Made by a program: the position numbers and the translations under genes. From sequence record OP999024.1: 5,065 nucleotides of DNA; one strand, 5' to 3'. The notes below the pieces were generated by a model. That model had not been told where the DNA came from, ran no database searches, and saw nothing but the letters and a program-made list of their open reading frames with translations. Position 1 is the stretch's first letter. Each line of letters opens with the position of its first letter. Positions 3,158 through 5,065 of this stretch are shown here, piece by piece.

Positions 3158-5065
3158 TTAACTTTTCGACATCCACAATGCAACAAAACCTACACCAATC
3201 GCTATTATTGCACTTGGAATAATAATATACGCTGGGAAGCCTAAGTCTAACAAACCAGGAACTATAAACACACCATACGCAATCCCACCCATTCCAACTA
3301 ATTTCAAATCATTCCTCAGCATCGCTGATAGGGCAAATATCAAGAAGATCACGTTAGCCAGAATAGGGCCAAAGAAAGCAAAAGGCCCAGGCAAACTATT
3401 TGAAATCGCATTGTACACCTGTTGAGCTAACTGCGCACTACCCAATTGAACCGGCGTTACATTAAAACTAGTAGACGCATTTGCCACAACTATGTTAACC
3501 TTAACTGGCGAAGTAACAACTGGCAAAGGAATTATTGAATTTACAGGAACATTCCTCGTCACCGCAGTACCATTACTAAATTCATAAGAAACACTGACAT
3601 TGAAATTAGCAGACTGATTATAGTTGTAGAGGTATAGAAAAGCGCCAGATGAATTAACAATAGGCATAGCTACAATTTGGCCAATCTTAGGCACTGACAC
3701 TGATGGGAAAGTAACAACGTTTATCCTTATTGTAGTTGTACCATTATACACTATCTGCATTTGGCCAGGGGAAATAGATTGTGTAGTAGTATTTGTAGAT
3801 GATGAAGGCGGTGGAGTAGTAGTAGTAGCACTGCTAGAACTAGCATTAGAACTTTGCAAACTAGCTAGTGTCGTAGTATTATACATTGTAACTGTAGTTG
3901 GAGAAATGTAGTATATGATAGGGTCTTGATAAAGGATAGAACCAGCTGGAATATAACTACTTAGTAGTTGAGGAGCTGGGATAGGGAAATTGGAAAACAT
4001 TGCAGCTGTTGCAGTAGAGAATGATAGAGTTAGCGAAGAGAACTTGTAAGAAATGTAGGGCGATAGTAGATTTGCTAGGACTGGGGTAGAGTTATAGTAT
4101 AATATAGCAGTAGCAACGTAACCCGGCGTAAACGGATAGGAAACGTAGTTCAAACCTTGTGAAAGAGTGTATTGGCCAACTTGAGCACTAGACTGTGATA
4201 CAGAGTAAGGCAAAGCATAGGGCGTGTTAAGATAGCTAGGTACAACGTAAGAAGATGCCCAGCTGTTTAAGAAGATGTAGGATGGAGAAACGAAAGTAAT
4301 AGATGTTGGGCCGCTGGATGCTGCGAAATAAGATACGTAGTATAAATTATATATATCTCCTCTTATTGCTACATATGCAATTTGTGACCAAGAAAATGGC
4401 GTGTTAATGTTTATTGCTGTATACGTACCGTTTATTCCAACTTCCGAAACTGTTACATTACCAGCACTATTTTCTGTAAGGATTACAGTGAAAGTAAATG
4501 GATAGTCTGGATTTGGCTGCGGTAGTGAAGAGTCTAATCCAGTGTAGCCAGTAGATGGACCATGATACAATATATAATTACCATAAAAATCAATAGCAAG
4601 TACATAAAAACCAGCAACATTACTATCAGCGGTTTGGTTTCCTACATTTGGACTAAGAAGATCAATGCCTGGATCATAATTATGGACTGGAAATGATACT
4701 ACATGTATCGTTACATTAAGCGTTGTAGTTGAAGGCGTAAAATACCACGCTACATATTGGCTATGTAGTGAAGAACCAGTCGAGTTTACTACTAATAAGT
4801 TCCCTTGGTAATACGGTTTAGGCGATGAACCCCAATCGGTTGATTCTACTTCTGGTAAAAACGCAAATAGTTTATTGCCCAGTATCATAGGCATCTGTTC
4901 TAATGATACACCAATCGTTCCAGTTCCTAGCGAAACATAATACCACACCGGCAAGACCAGTCCAAATGTTGGCAATCCAGACTGTACTATCTGCGTACTA
5001 AATGTGAAGGTTGACGTTGAAGATATAACTATTTTGTTAAAAGTAGCATTATATACACTTACTTG
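3158..5065 (-). CDS. Large membrane-anchored surface/virion glycoprotein (adhesin or tail-spike-like), 5'-truncated; at least 635 aa in the window
   Basis: The frame stays open for 30 codons upstream of the tracked TTG at 4975 (QVSVYNATFNKIVISSTSTFTFSTQIVQSG), so the true start is outside the window. The tracked 605 aa have 16 N-x-S/T sequons, no Cys, very few charged residues, beta-rich segments, an S/T/P linker (SSNASSSSATTTTPPPSSSTNTTT) and three C-terminal hydrophobic helices. Confidence 0.9.
   Translation of the reverse strand, partial: QVSVYNATFNKIVISSTSTFTFSTQIVQSGLPTFGLVLPVWYYVSLGTGTIGVSLEQMPMILGNKLFAFLPEVESTDWGSSPKPYYQGNLLVVNSTGSSLHSQYVAWYFTPSTTTLNVTIHVVSFPVHNYDPGIDLLSPNVGNQTADSNVAGFYVLAIDFYGNYILYHGPSTGYTGLDSSLPQPNPDYPFTFTVILTENSAGNVTVSEVGINGTYTAININTPFSWSQIAYVAIRGDIYNLYYVSYFAASSGPTSITFVSPSYIFLNSWASSYVVPSYLNTPYALPYSVSQSSAQVGQYTLSQGLNYVSYPFTPGYVATAILYYNSTPVLANLLSPYISYKFSSLTLSFSTATAAMFSNFPIPAPQLLSSYIPAGSILYQDPIIYYISPTTVTMYNTTTLASLQSSNASSSSATTTTPPPSSSTNTTTQSISPGQMQIVYNGTTTIRINVVTFPSVSVPKIGQIVAMPIVNSSGAFLYLYNYNQSANFNVSVSYEFSNGTAVTRNVPVNSIIPLPVVTSPVKVNIVVANASTSFNVTPVQLGSAQLAQQVYNAISNSLPGPFAFFGPILANVIFLIFALSAMLRNDLKLVGMGGIAYGVFIVPGLLDLGFPAYIIIPSAIIAIGVGFVALWMSKS

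Noticed and set aside
3782-3830. GTA/TAG trinucleotide runs as a DNA-level microsatellite
   Set aside because: Explained by consecutive Thr codons (ACT/ACA) in the S/T/P linker.
4973-4975. TTG as the start of the large surface protein
   Set aside because: The frame is open to the window edge with similar S/T-rich sequence, and there is no signal peptide, SD or TATA at this position.
1-5065. CRISPR array, IS transposase, rRNA or tRNA genes
   Set aside because: No regularly spaced repeats, transposase motifs or structural RNA signatures were found on either strand.

Overview
AT-rich, densely coding window that looks like part of a virus, provirus or plasmid of a thermoacidophilic crenarchaeon (Sulfolobales-like). 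This is inferred from BRE/TATA boxes 23-30 nt upstream of mostly leaderless ATGs and a charge-poor, N-x-S/T-rich surface protein. Left to right: a 3'-truncated acidic ORF (minus, not in the track); a 46-aa charged ORF (plus, not in the track); a GC-rich non-coding patch with two hairpins; a 3-TM membrane protein; an unknown helical protein; a CxxC/H/C zinc-finger-like protein with a duplicated C-terminal peptide; a catalytic-domain-only tyrosine recombinase with all active-site residues; a tandem ribbon-helix-helix protein; and the 3' part of a large membrane-anchored glycoprotein that runs off the right edge. The most notable structure is a 21-bp inverted repeat (19/21 identical) flanking the recombinase gene. 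Each copy is the core promoter of an outward-facing neighbour and lies the same distance from its ATG. No tRNA/att site, CRISPR array or IS was found.
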